Shown here: piece by piece, positions 18,479 through 27,517 of the stretch | Layout: every line of letters begins with the position of its first letter | Numbering within the stretch: position 1 is the first letter of the stretch | Source: a virus | Lineage: Duplodnaviria; Caudoviricetes | Strand: one strand, 5' to 3' | IMG/VR virus record: IMGVR_UViG_2854418831_000003 | Span: 1 to 64,000 of that record | DNA length: 64,000 nucleotides | The notes under the pieces: generated by a model | What the model was told of the DNA's origin: nothing | The model's input: the letters and a program-made list of their open reading frames with translations, nothing else | The model's database searches: none | Translations under genes and position numbers: made by a program

Positions 18479-19547
18479 TCATGTTTTCTGCATCCAACTG
18501 GTCTGCCATATCCTGCTGTACGGACGGGAACAGATGCGCATATCGGTAAGTGATCTTTTCTGCTGAATGACCAACCCTTTTTCCGATTGCCAGTGCTGTA
18601 TAGCCCATGTTAATCAGCAAAGAGACATGGCTGTGTCTGAGATCATGCACCCGGATTTTTTTCACACCGCTTGCTTTGCATCCTCTTTCCATTTCATGGT
18701 TCAGATAATACTTAGTTACAGGGAAAATACGGTCATCCGGCTGCAGGCTGTAATATAACTTCAAACAATCCTGCATTTCGTCACATAAGAACTTTGGCAT
18801 AGTTACAGTACGGACACTGTTCTTTGTTTTCGGAGTGCTGATCACATCTTCTCCCTTTAAACGCTGATAGGATTTGTTGATCCGCAACGTTCTCTTCTGG
18901 AAATCGAAATCCGCAGGAGTTAAAGCCAAAAGCTCCCCGGATCTGATTCCGCACCAGTACAATAACTGGAACGCATAGTAGGAAAGTGGTTTATCCATCA
19001 TTTCTTCTGAAAACTGTTTATACTCTGCCTTTGTCCAGAAGAGCATTTCCTTGCTTTCTTCTGAGCCGATTGTGCCAGCTTTCCTTGCCGGATTCATGCT
19101 AAGATCATAAAACTTGATCGCATGGTTGAAAATCGTACTCAACTGTCCATGGATTGTTTTCAGATAAGTAGGGGATAAAGGTTTTCCTTTCCTGCTTGTC
19201 AATTTGCGAAGCTCATTATGCCAGTCCAAAACATCCTTTGCGGTGATTTCTGACACCTTTCTTTTTCCCAGATAGGGTAAAATCTTGGACTTGATAATAT
19301 TTTCCTTTGTAAGCCAGGTACTCTTTTTCAGCCTTGGTCTCACATCTTCCTCATATAATTTGCAGAAGCTCTCCAGTTCCATATCCATACTGGCTTTCTT
19401 CTGGAGTATGAACTGCTGCTCCCACTGTGCAGCTTCTCTTTTTGTTGCAAATCCTCTTTTGCATTTCTGCTTACGTTCGCCGGTCCAGTCCTGATACCGT
19501 ACCATAACGTACCATGTGTTATTGCTTTCAGTCTTGTAAATTGCCAT
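18432..19547 (-). CDS. int: Tyrosine integrase of element B
   Basis: KRGFATKREA; CGIRSGE, PKT, HDLRHSHVS, VGH, Y. Confidence 0.93.
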   Translation of the reverse strand: MAIYKTESNNTWYVMVRYQDWTGERKQKCKRGFATKREAAQWEQQFILQKKASMDMELESFCKLYEEDVRPRLKKSTWLTKENIIKSKILPYLGKRKVSEITAKDVLDWHNELRKLTSRKGKPLSPTYLKTIHGQLSTIFNHAIKFYDLSMNPARKAGTIGSEESKEMLFWTKAEYKQFSEEMMDKPLSYYAFQLLYWCGIRSGELLALTPADFDFQKRTLRINKSYQRLKGEDVISTPKTKNSVRTVTMPKFLCDEMQDCLKLYYSLQPDDRIFPVTKYYLNHEMERGCKASGVKKIRVHDLRHSHVSLLINMGYTALAIGKRVGHSAEKITYRYAHLFPSVQQDMADQLDAENMNEEPNDREGGLAYVS

Positions 19548-19549
19548 TC

Positions 19550-19777
19550 TTAATTCCTCCCATCGTTTGATCTCGTTCCGTAGAACTGTTCGTAAAAATA
19601 CTTCCGGTCAACTTTTCCTGCAATTGTCTGGCATCCCATCGCCTGTAATTCCCTGTTCAGCCTTTTCATCAGCTTATAAGCGTAGGATTCCGATACTTCC
19701 AGAACTTCCATGACCTCTTTTACATTCATAAACATTTTACTCATTGTAAAATCCCTCCTTCGTTTCTCACTATACAT
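19550..19777 (-). CDS. Excisionase-like HTH protein
   Basis: MNVKEVMEVLEVSESYAYKLMKRLNRELQAMG. Confidence 0.7.
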   Translation of the reverse strand: MYSEKRRRDFTMSKMFMNVKEVMEVLEVSESYAYKLMKRLNRELQAMGCQTIAGKVDRKYFYEQFYGTRSNDGRN

Positions 19778-19921
19778 TTCTGTATAGTCCGTATGATACT
19801 ATACTTTTTTGTATTGGTCAAGTGTTTCAAAACAAAAATTCTATACTTTTTTGTATGGTTTCTCCTTGTCTGTACTATACATATATGCTATACTCAATTT
19901 ATCAAGTAAAAGACAGGAGAT

Positions 19922-20377
19922 ATGAGCATGGCAATAGGAGAAAGAATTCATCATTTTCGACTTCTGCGTGGATTCACGCAGAAATATTTAGGTCAACAGC
20001 TGGGATTCAGCGAATCACAGGCTGATGTCCGCATTGCACAGTACGAAAAAGGCTCTCGCAGTCCAAAGGAAAACTATCTGAATGCACTGGCTGACATTTT
20101 TGAGGTCTCCCCTCATGCACTCGCTGTACCGGACATTGACAGTTATGTTGGGCTGATGCACACCTTATTTACATTAGAAGACCTTTACGGACTTCATATT
20201 GGAGAAATTGACGGAGAACTCTGTCTCCGGCTGGATAAGTCCAAAGGAACCACCTACCTTTCTATGTTTGATATGTTCTACGCATGGCAGGAACAGGCAG
20301 AAAAACTAAAATCCGGGGAGATCACCAAAGAAGAATATGACCAGTGGCGGTACAATTACCCGAAAAAAACAACATAA
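19922..20377 (+). CDS. XRE family repressor
   Basis: GERIHHFRLLRGFTQKYLGQQLG..IAQYEKGSRSP; divergent from xis. Confidence 0.85.
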   Translation: MSMAIGERIHHFRLLRGFTQKYLGQQLGFSESQADVRIAQYEKGSRSPKENYLNALADIFEVSPHALAVPDIDSYVGLMHTLFTLEDLYGLHIGEIDGELCLRLDKSKGTTYLSMFDMFYAWQEQAEKLKSGEITKEEYDQWRYNYPKKTT

Positions 20378-20387
20378 AAACCAACGA

Positions 20388-20437
20388 AAAAAGGCCTTAC
20401 CAAATTGATTTCACTCAATTCAGTAAGACCTTTTTTG
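20388..20437 (+). terminator. Bidirectional intrinsic terminator
   Basis: AAAAAAGGCCTTAC...GTAAGACCTTTTTT. Confidence 0.6.
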
Positions 20438-20500
20438 TTGGTTTCACACATATTACCTGACAACCACCGGATTGCTGATAAATACTACCTAAATATCCGG

Positions 20501-20709
20501 TGTTATCATTTTGTTATCAAATAGAACTTCTTGTGCCCGGAAATGCCCTGTTTATAAGGGTTTCCAGAATTTTTTCATTATTCAAACTCAATAACAACGT
20601 TTTAACGGCTGCTGTTTTTGTATGTTTCATACACGTTTTTATTATTTATATTATTTATATTATTTATGGTTTTTCTGGCTCTCAAAATTTCCGGTACAAT
20701 TTTGGTACA
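20501..20709. other. att junction between element B and the prophage
   Basis: TGTTATCA x2 (20501, 20512), TTATTCAAACTCAAT (20578-20592), GGTACA x2 (20693, 20704). Confidence 0.55.
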
Positions 20710-20711
20710 CA

Positions 20712-20912
20712 TCATTCTGTTTGCCCTCTTCCCAGCTTTTCAAGATACAAGGCGGCTGCCTCCTCGTAAAAATCAGAGCGGCTGTATGCTTTTCCCTCTT
20801 GCTGGCGCCTTTCTTCCACGTACTCGTCAATAGCGTCAAGCCGATCAAGTGGTGTGTGGACTGTAATGGGTACCCGGCGCGAGGTTCCCTTTAATTTCCT
20901 ACCGTATGCCAT
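20712..20912 (-). CDS. Ribbon-helix-helix DNA-binding protein, 66 aa
   Basis: RVPITVHT strand, LDRLDAIDEYV helix, SRSDFYEEAAALYL helix; RBS GGGAGG. Confidence 0.6.
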   Translation of the reverse strand: MAYGRKLKGTSRRVPITVHTPLDRLDAIDEYVEERRQQEGKAYSRSDFYEEAAALYLEKLGRGQTE

Positions 20913-20914
20913 CT

Positions 20915-21085
20915 TTATGCCTCCCTTTTTAGAGGGCAATCTTTTCTGCACCCCTCTTCCGGGCATACAGGTCTTGTGCCCAATGCCGCGCAATGGTAAT
21001 GCTCTCCCTTTGAAAAACTCAACATACAAGCGGTGCAATTTATTCCCTTTTCATCAGAAAAACTTAAATTCAAGATAGCTTTCAT
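20915..21085 (-). CDS. Small Cys-rich protein, 56 aa
   Basis: CTAC..HC..C....C..DCPL; ATGA overlap with the ARH stop. Confidence 0.55.
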   Translation of the reverse strand: MKAILNLSFSDEKGINCTACMLSFSKGEHYHCAALGTRPVCPEEGCRKDCPLKREA

Positions 21086-22041
21086 CTCTTTTTCTCCTCG
21101 TGGTTTTTCGCTGCGTCGCCTGTCAGGCTGATCAGCGTGCTCTTTGTGCCGCTGTCCAGTACCATACGCCACCGGAGCGGAATCTTTTCATATCCATACA
21201 GGGCACCGGCCAGTCCGCCGGTAATAGCTGCGATTGTGTCTGCGTCTCCTCCCAGGTTGGCAGCTTTAACAACGGCCGCCTCAAAGTTCTTTGTACTTCT
21301 CAGGCAGTGCAGGGCGCAATGCAAAGAGTCAACCACAAAACCGCTAGGATTCAGGTTTGCCGGCTCTGCTTTTCGGCTGTATCGTGTGCCCCTTGTAATG
21401 CCGTTCAGGCCGTTGCATAGTTTTTGCACCGTATCTGCATGGTGCATGATTAAATAGTATAGCATTTTTGTATAAAGCTGGCAAGCCTCTGCGCTCAGGT
21501 CGTCCCAGTGCGTCAGGCGTCCGATTCTGTCCGCAACCTCTATGGCTCTGCTCTCGTCTGTATAGTACAAGCCTGGGTATACGGTACGCATCAGAGCGCC
21601 ATTGCCTGCGCTTCTGTTCCCGTTCTGCTGCGCTGTCAGCTGTGCTGCCTGCTCCCATAGTTCATATGGTGCCAGGCCCTTGCAATTTTTCAGTTCCGGC
21701 CGTCTCAGCATCATCTGCAGTGCGTTTGTGATCGCGCTGCGGCAGGTGCCGCCTATATCTTTCGGGCCACCCATGGCCCACTCTGCAAAGTGCTTGCCCG
21801 CCCACGGCTCCGGATTATCCGGGTGCATTGCTACGCCCAGGGCTGCTGCGATTGTCATTTGCGTGTCGTCGGTAACTTCTCCCGGCTTTACGTTCAGCCA
21901 TCCGCCGCCGATCATTTCTTTCACGGTTCCGTACTTGTGCTGGATTTCCTTTGCGTTCATAAATTCCAGCGGGGCGCCCAGTGCGTCCCCTACTGCTACA
22001 CCAAATAATGCGCCGCCGATTTTGTTTGCTAAATTCGTCAT
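21082..22041 (-). CDS. ADP-ribosylglycohydrolase (ARH/DraG family)
   Basis: GVAVGDALG, TDDTQM, GNGALMR, GGDADTIAAITG motifs. Confidence 0.92.
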   Translation of the reverse strand: MTNLANKIGGALFGVAVGDALGAPLEFMNAKEIQHKYGTVKEMIGGGWLNVKPGEVTDDTQMTIAAALGVAMHPDNPEPWAGKHFAEWAMGGPKDIGGTCRSAITNALQMMLRRPELKNCKGLAPYELWEQAAQLTAQQNGNRSAGNGALMRTVYPGLYYTDESRAIEVADRIGRLTHWDDLSAEACQLYTKMLYYLIMHHADTVQKLCNGLNGITRGTRYSRKAEPANLNPSGFVVDSLHCALHCLRSTKNFEAAVVKAANLGGDADTIAAITGGLAGALYGYEKIPLRWRMVLDSGTKSTLISLTGDAAKNHEEKKR

Positions 22042-22053
22042 AACTTTGCCCTC

Positions 22054-22236
22054 CTATGCGATTCTTTCAAATTCAAAAATACCAATGCTTGCAATAAAAG
22101 CCTTTGTTGTCCGGAGTCCGGTATTTACCTGCTGCCCGTCAACATACTGGCGTAAATAGTAGCCGCCTACCATCTTTACGACCTCCCATGTTTTCTTGCT
22201 GTTGTACCGGTCCCGGTACCATTCTCTTTTTACCAT
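22054..22236 (-). CDS. Small hypothetical protein, 60 aa
   Basis: Start MVKREW with GAGGAGGG RBS. Confidence 0.55.
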   Translation of the reverse strand: MVKREWYRDRYNSKKTWEVVKMVGGYYLRQYVDGQQVNTGLRTTKAFIASIGIFEFERIA

Positions 22237-22246
22237 GCCGCCCTCC

Positions 22247-22471
22247 TCATAAGTGAGCCGTTGCGCTATATCCGCGTCGGTCATAATAAATATAACAGCC
22301 CAGTTCCTCACAAGCCTTTTCAACGATCCACGAGTCATTGTCAAGCCCCAGGCGCACCCTGCCATTTCTCAGCAGTCTCAGCAGGAGCTTTGCAGCTCCC
22401 AGCTGTCCCTTTCGCACCATTTCCCGGTGCAGCTCCATTGCCTTATACCTGCGGATTTTCTTCTCTAACAT
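22247..22471 (-). CDS. Small hypothetical protein
   Basis: AGGAGG RBS, closely packed operon. Confidence 0.55.
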   Translation of the reverse strand: MLEKKIRRYKAMELHREMVRKGQLGAAKLLLRLLRNGRVRLGLDNDSWIVEKACEELGCYIYYDRRGYSATAHL

Positions 22472-22482
22472 GTCGCTGCCTC

Positions 22483-22746
22483 CTATCTACCTGCGAATCT
22501 CGGTACAAAAAAGCCAAAATCATCCGCCGGGAATTTATCTCTTACAATGTGATCCATAATTCCATAAAGATCATGGATAAAGTTAAAATCATCCGCGGCC
22601 AGCCACTCCTCTAATCTTAAATTAAACTTTTCGTCTGCGCTTTCGATATCCATTAACAAGCTCAATCTTTCGCCTGTATACAATCCACTTTCCTCAGCTC
22701 TTTTCGCAATCTCTACATACATTCCATATTTCTGTGCTTTACTCAT
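22483..22746 (-). CDS. Small conserved phage protein (DUF6874-like)
   Basis: LLMDIESAD..LRLEEWLAADDFNFIHDLYGI. Confidence 0.55.
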   Translation of the reverse strand: MSKAQKYGMYVEIAKRAEESGLYTGERLSLLMDIESADEKFNLRLEEWLAADDFNFIHDLYGIMDHIVRDKFPADDFGFFVPRFAGR

Positions 22747-22773
22747 AGCGTTCCCCTTTCCGGATCCGGCAGC

Positions 22774-23016
22774 TTACGCCGCCAGCTCCTGCACGTACTC
22801 CATACCCTCAAAGCTACAAAAGCCGCCAGCATCCAAAATGCTCTGCAGTGCTCTCTTACCACCGCACGGGATGTATGGTACCAAAATACCAAACTCGTCA
22901 CGGTCTGCACTAAAGGCAACCCAACCTTTTCCCGGCTCGTACAGCGCCCAACCTGTTACTACGCGGCTGATTTTCTTGGTTCCAAAATGTGTATTTCTCA
23001 ATCTTTTAATCTGCAT
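22774..23016 (-). CDS. Small hypothetical protein
   Basis: First gene after the promoter at about 23060; GGAGGG RBS. Confidence 0.55.
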   Translation of the reverse strand: MQIKRLRNTHFGTKKISRVVTGWALYEPGKGWVAFSADRDEFGILVPYIPCGGKRALQSILDAGGFCSFEGMEYVQELAA

Positions 23017-23050
23017 ATATCATGCCCTCCTGTGCTTGCTTTCTTTAACT

Positions 23051-23090
23051 GTCTATATTATAAACCAATGGCGGTTTATATTCCATAGAC
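23051..23090 (-). promoter_or_regulatory. Promoter with overlapping inverted-repeat operator
   Basis: Perfect TATAAT on the minus strand at 23057-23062, overlapped by TATAAACC-AATGGC-GGTTTATA (23059-23080) with outer GTCTAT/ATAGAC arms. Confidence 0.6.
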
Positions 23091-23314
23091 CGAATAGACA
23101 AACTTTAGTGTAGTGAAGTGCATGAAAAGGATACAAGATAGACAACTATTTTTAAGCACAAAAAAAGAGGGTGGCTCCCAGGTTTCAGACGTTTGCCTGA
23201 CCCCCTTGAGAACCCCCTCTTCGGCGCATTTTACACTATATTTTCATTTCTGTAAATCCCGGAATAACAGACAAAAAGTCTTGCTGAAAAGATACAGAAT
23301 AGACAACGGGCTTA

Positions 23315-24796
23315 TTATACCCGTTTTACATAGTCCAGACTGATCCAGCCGGCTCCGGATTTCAGGCGGCCCCACTTGGTCGCTCCCTTTCCGTTCGCTT
23401 CCTCAACAATGGTATAGGTTCCTACTGGAATATGCTGTGTTTTGGCGTAGCCGGTTCCTGGGCCTGTCCGGATGTTCAGGTCCGTAATTTCAACGCGCAC
23501 CTGGTACGGCCGGAATGCTGCCGCCGGATAAACCTGCTTGCCGTTCCAGTCGAACACCTTATAACCTTTGTTCTGATCAGCGCACGCTTTGGCGTTGTCA
23601 TAATTCTCAAAGGCTCCTTTCTGGCTTGCTGCATCCGTCCAGGTCTTGCGGACTCTGTAGTATTTCTTTGCAGTAGTTGGCTGCGTCGGCGTTGTCGGTG
23701 TAGCTGCTGCACCGCTTCCGATTTTTTTCTTGAAATCGCTCCATGCGCTCTCAGATCCGCTTGCGGAGTTCCATCCGTATACGCCAGGGCAATATTTGCC
23801 GTTTACATCAAAATGGCGGATAACCCTGGAAACGGGTACCCCGTACAGCTTCATGAGGTACTTAGTCAGCTCAATAGCGCTGTTGATCGTTGCCTGCTCA
23901 AAATACCAGTCTTTGCTGTTTGCGTTCTTGTTTCCTTTGTTTCTTACGCACATTTCAATGGACACGCTGTTGGCATTTCTGGCCACGCCGTACAAGCTGC
24001 CGCCCTGGCTGGACTGTCTGCCGCCGCCTACAGCCCAACAGTAACGGGCTTTCGGGTTCGGGTTATACTGCCAGATTTCTCCCTCGAAACCGACGTAAAA
24101 ATCAGCACTGGCCTGTGTCGTGCTGCGCTGATTATAATAGTCGATATTGTTCTTTGCGGTACCTGTTGCACCTACATAGTGGATAACAATGTACTCAATT
24201 CCTCCGCTGCGTGGGCTTGTGTTGTGTGTTCCGAAGTTCGGGTTCTGGTTAATTTTCAAGTTGCTCACTCCTCCCTTTGTTGCCTGGTCGTATTTCGTCA
24301 ACTCATATTTGTTGATAATACTCAGGACTTTACTCACATACTTTGTATCTGTTGCATATCCGCCTGCCTTAATGATTCCGATAGCTTTCGCCGGATCCGT
24401 TTCTCCTTTCAGGCCCGCATAACGCTGTTTGCTGCCATTCATGGCGCCCAGTAAATATGCGCTGTGGTCCGCCACACTGTCGGCAGCGCTCGCATATTTC
24501 CGGAAATCTGCTGTAATGGTGTATGCGTTTCCGTTCGCGTCCTCTTCTCCGGTCTGCTTCCGGTACTTGCTTACACCGTCCCAGGTGCTGCCTGGCCAGG
24601 TGTTCCCGGACAAACTGCATTTCATCCCGAAAAAGTTGTTGGCATTTCTGGCCAGCTCTGTGCTGCCGTAACCGGATTCCAGGACTGTCTGCGCCGTTGT
24701 TACTGAAGCCAGCACGCCACTTTTTGCCATGTCTGCCTGCGCCAGCGGTCCCATAAAGCTGATAAATTCCTGCTCTGTCATGTACGTCCCTCCCAT
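23315..24796 (-). CDS. Endolysin: GH73 glucosaminidase + Amidase_2 + SH3-like binding domain
   Basis: AQTVLESGYG..NNFFGMK..GYATD; IVIHY..EMC..RHFDVNGKYCPG; LNIRTGPGTGY..WGRLKSGAGWISLDY. Confidence 0.9.
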   Translation of the reverse strand: MGGTYMTEQEFISFMGPLAQADMAKSGVLASVTTAQTVLESGYGSTELARNANNFFGMKCSLSGNTWPGSTWDGVSKYRKQTGEEDANGNAYTITADFRKYASAADSVADHSAYLLGAMNGSKQRYAGLKGETDPAKAIGIIKAGGYATDTKYVSKVLSIINKYELTKYDQATKGGVSNLKINQNPNFGTHNTSPRSGGIEYIVIHYVGATGTAKNNIDYYNQRSTTQASADFYVGFEGEIWQYNPNPKARYCWAVGGGRQSSQGGSLYGVARNANSVSIEMCVRNKGNKNANSKDWYFEQATINSAIELTKYLMKLYGVPVSRVIRHFDVNGKYCPGVYGWNSASGSESAWSDFKKKIGSGAAATPTTPTQPTTAKKYYRVRKTWTDAASQKGAFENYDNAKACADQNKGYKVFDWNGKQVYPAAAFRPYQVRVEITDLNIRTGPGTGYAKTQHIPVGTYTIVEEANGKGATKWGRLKSGAGWISLDYVKRV

Positions 24797-24810
24797 AGGA
24801 AAAGGCGACC

Positions 24811-25137
24811 TTATCGGCCGCCCTGCGTGTTATTATCTGTTTTTTTCAACTGTGCAATAGCCTGGATCACTTTATCGTACCCAACCATAGAAGCAAGCCA
24901 GGACAGCAGCACAAGTGCAATTAAATATACCGCCATCTTGTCGTTGATCTGCGTCTCCGTCAGAATCAGGTACCCGGCGCCTACTAGGGCGGACAGCACT
25001 ACGGCCACGCCACCGGCCAGAAAATTAGAGTGGTACTTCACTCTCATTTCGTCCAGCAGCTTCTTAATGCCCTCGGTAAACAGTCCCGTGAAAATAGATA
25101 CGATCATCAGTCCCAGTAAAAAAATTTCTAAAGTCAT
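24811..25137 (-). CDS. Holin-like membrane protein
   Basis: Three hydrophobic segments directly upstream of the lysin. Confidence 0.7.
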   Translation of the reverse strand: MTLEIFLLGLMIVSIFTGLFTEGIKKLLDEMRVKYHSNFLAGGVAVVLSALVGAGYLILTETQINDKMAVYLIALVLLSWLASMVGYDKVIQAIAQLKKTDNNTQGGR

Positions 25138-25147
25138 GCTTTTCTCC

Positions 25148-25558
25148 TTATCCGATACCCTCTCCGGTATCTGTGTTATTTTCCGGCTCAAAGTCGGCCG
25201 GATCGTCAGTTTCTGCCTGTCTTATGTTCATGTCGTACACAATGCCGCCCTTGGTGTTCTCTTTTGCGGATTTCTGCGCATACGCCCAAAACACCCCAAA
25301 CATGGCCGCCGGTACGCCGATCAGTGCGTACAGTGCCGACAAGTCGAAGCGCATCCACATAACAATTTCTGCATAGATCACTATCTCAATGCAAAGACCG
25401 TATATAACCGCCATCATAGCCTTGCCCCAGGCCGGTTTCTTCCTGGTGCGTCTCAGTCCCAGCTCGCGCTCTCGGTCGCGTACCTGCTGCCTCAGCTGCT
25501 GCTCCTCTGCTATCTGATCCAGCTCTTTCATGCGCTTCTCATATTTAATTTTGTTCAT
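25148..25558 (-). CDS. Membrane protein of lysis module
   Basis: Two TM segments, YAQKSAKENTKGG motif. Confidence 0.6.
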   Translation of the reverse strand: MNKIKYEKRMKELDQIAEEQQLRQQVRDRERELGLRRTRKKPAWGKAMMAVIYGLCIEIVIYAEIVMWMRFDLSALYALIGVPAAMFGVFWAYAQKSAKENTKGGIVYDMNIRQAETDDPADFEPENNTDTGEGIG

Positions 25559-25568
25559 TGGTACCGCC

Positions 25569-26123
25569 TCACTTTCTGCTACCCATCAGCTCTGCGATTT
25601 TCGCATCTTCGTGCATTGGAATTACTTCCAGTGCCCTCATTTCAGGTTGTACAGTCGTGTGCATGTGCCCGTCGCCGTTGGCGTTCTCATACTCTTTAAA
25701 CATGGACCAAAATGCGTCTGCCTCCATTTCGCTCCATGCCTGCATGGGGTTCTTGTCCGGGTTCGTAAAATACCGGTGCGATTGTAATAGTCTGTCACGG
25801 AGCTTGCTGCGTTCTCGACTGGTGTTCTCTTTTTCGATTTTGTCCAGCTTTTCCTGCTGCTTTTCCATGCCCTCTTTCAACTCTGCAATACTGGTATTAA
25901 ATTGCTGCTGGATTTCAAGGCTTTGCTGGTGCCATGTTGGATACATGTTTACCTGATCCATTACTTTCTTAAACTGCTCATTTTTTTCCTTTTCATGGAT
26001 CGCCTTATCAGAAAAATACTTTTCCACTTTCCGGTAACACAACCCCAGGAATACAAGCGCCGCAATTACGGTTATGGCCCAGCCTATGCTATAATCTCCT
26101 AGCAATTTGATTAAATAGTCCAT
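25569..26123 (-). CDS. Membrane-anchored coiled-coil lysis-region protein
   Basis: N-terminal TM segment; LRDRLLQSH..YENANGDGHMH resembles the phage holin-associated family. Confidence 0.55.
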   Translation of the reverse strand: MDYLIKLLGDYSIGWAITVIAALVFLGLCYRKVEKYFSDKAIHEKEKNEQFKKVMDQVNMYPTWHQQSLEIQQQFNTSIAELKEGMEKQQEKLDKIEKENTSRERSKLRDRLLQSHRYFTNPDKNPMQAWSEMEADAFWSMFKEYENANGDGHMHTTVQPEMRALEVIPMHEDAKIAELMGSRK

Positions 26124-26156
26124 TTTTTCGTATTCCTTTCTGCTCCATTTTCTGCA

Positions 26157-26200
26157 AAATAAAAGAACCGGCCAGGGCCAGCTCTGCGGTCAATTCTTTT
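26157..26200 (-). terminator. Intrinsic terminator after the DGR cassette
   Basis: AAAAGAATTGACCG...CCGGTTCTTTTATTTT on the minus strand. Confidence 0.45.
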
Positions 26201-26208
26201 CACGGGTT

Positions 26209-26379
26209 TCATTCTTCTATGCCTCTCTGCAGGTCTGCCGCCTGCTGCATCATTGCCAGTTCTTCCTCTTCGATCATACCGTGCTGCAATAACGTGGCCG
26301 CCAGGCGGTCAATAACATTCCTTTGCAGCTGTATAATTTCCGACTGGGTTTCCAGTACCTCAGCAATACACTGTTTCAT
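26209..26379 (-). CDS. Small hypothetical protein, 56 aa (not in ORF track)
   Basis: MKQCIAEVLETQSEIIQLQRNVIDRLAATLLQH...; overlaps the RT stop. Confidence 0.55.
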   Translation of the reverse strand: MKQCIAEVLETQSEIIQLQRNVIDRLAATLLQHGMIEEEELAMMQQAADLQRGIEE

Positions 26380-27517
26380 AGTCAAGTGCTCCTGTTTCTC
26401 CTATTTCCATCACGTTTATGATCTGCTCCTCTCCGTTATCATCCGCATGGGTCAATACAAATTCGTCCAGCAATTTTTCCTTAAATTTCTTACAATCCAC
26501 ATGGCTCAGCATGGCCAGGTAGCTCTGCATGGTTGCGTTTGCTTCTTTGAATGTGATCAGGTTGTCATGGTAGTCCTGGCGCGTTTTCCGGAGCGTTCTC
26601 TTCATCCGAAGTGTTGTGCTCTTTCTCAGGATCACATGGTCGTTATAAATCACATAGCCCACAAACTCGCACCCAACCCGCACCGGCCGGAGTGCTGTCT
26701 TGTTGTTGAAATTTAAGTGCAGCCGCTCCTCTAAAAACTGTGTCATTCTTCTGCCGTATTCTTTCAGGCGTTCCTTGTCATTGTCTAGGATTATAATGTC
26801 GTCCATGTACCGGATATACCGTTTTATTCCCAGTACCCTCTTACAAAACTGGTCAAGTGGATCCAGATACATGTTCCCCAGCATATGGGACAGGCCGCCG
26901 CCGATAGGTATTCCTAAATCATACAGCATTTGCTCCTCGGTAATTGTCAGCTGGTTTGCATCCAGTGGCATACCAAACGGAACCGCATCATTGTTTATGT
27001 AATACCCTAACAAGTCAACGGTTCGCGGATCATCTATCTTTTTCCTGCAAATATCCATAAGTATTTCATGGTCAATGCGGTAAAAGAATTTTGCAACATC
27101 AAACTTGTAATAATACCATTCAGTTCCGGACGTCCTGGTTTCTCGCATCCAGGTATAAAGCTGTTCCATGGCTGCCAGCTGCCCGCGTCCCTTTACGCAC
27201 GCATAGGTATGTTCTATGAACGTCCGGCATATTTTAGGATTCAGCACGTCATATATTGCCCGCTGCACCACTTTGGACCAGTAGTCAATAAATATAACTT
27301 TCCGCACCTTTGGCACGTATACATAAAAGCTGTGATATTCGACTTTTGGTACCTTTCCAGCCCTCAACAGAGTGCTTATTTCTTCCAGGTTTCCCTCTCT
27401 ATTGTCGTAAAATCTCAGCCTCTCCGTGTTCTCCCTTTTGCCCTTTGATACGTGGGTATCTGCGACCATTAGTGTGTGAAATGAGGTTATTTCATAATAT
27501 ACGTTTCTAATTGTCAT
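26360..27517 (-). CDS. DGR reverse transcriptase
   Basis: YKFDVAKFFYRIDH, GIPIGGGLSH, YIRYMDDIII, GCEFVGY; no maturase or endonuclease domain; adjacent to TR and avd. Confidence 0.95.
   Translation of the reverse strand: MTIRNVYYEITSFHTLMVADTHVSKGKRENTERLRFYDNREGNLEEISTLLRAGKVPKVEYHSFYVYVPKVRKVIFIDYWSKVVQRAIYDVLNPKICRTFIEHTYACVKGRGQLAAMEQLYTWMRETRTSGTEWYYYKFDVAKFFYRIDHEILMDICRKKIDDPRTVDLLGYYINNDAVPFGMPLDANQLTITEEQMLYDLGIPIGGGLSHMLGNMYLDPLDQFCKRVLGIKRYIRYMDDIIILDNDKERLKEYGRRMTQFLEERLHLNFNNKTALRPVRVGCEFVGYVIYNDHVILRKSTTLRMKRTLRKTRQDYHDNLITFKEANATMQSYLAMLSHVDCKKFKEKLLDEFVLTHADDNGEEQIINVMEIGETGALDYETVYC

Larger units (their letters stand above)
11445..20589 (-). mobile_element. Integrative mobilizable element B (MobV type)
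   Basis: Bounded by TCAAACTC direct repeats with TGTTATCA arm repeats inside both ends; encodes int, xis, repressor, MobV and TnpV but no type IV secretion genes. Confidence 0.75.

Noticed and set aside
20640-20668. TTATTTATA x3 microsatellite near the prophage end
   Set aside because: A low-complexity AT tract; it might bind a host factor at att, but there is no independent support.
26360-27517. RT as a group II intron, retron or Abi enzyme
   Set aside because: It lacks maturase and endonuclease domains and sits with avd and an adenine-specific TR/VR pair, so it is a DGR RT.
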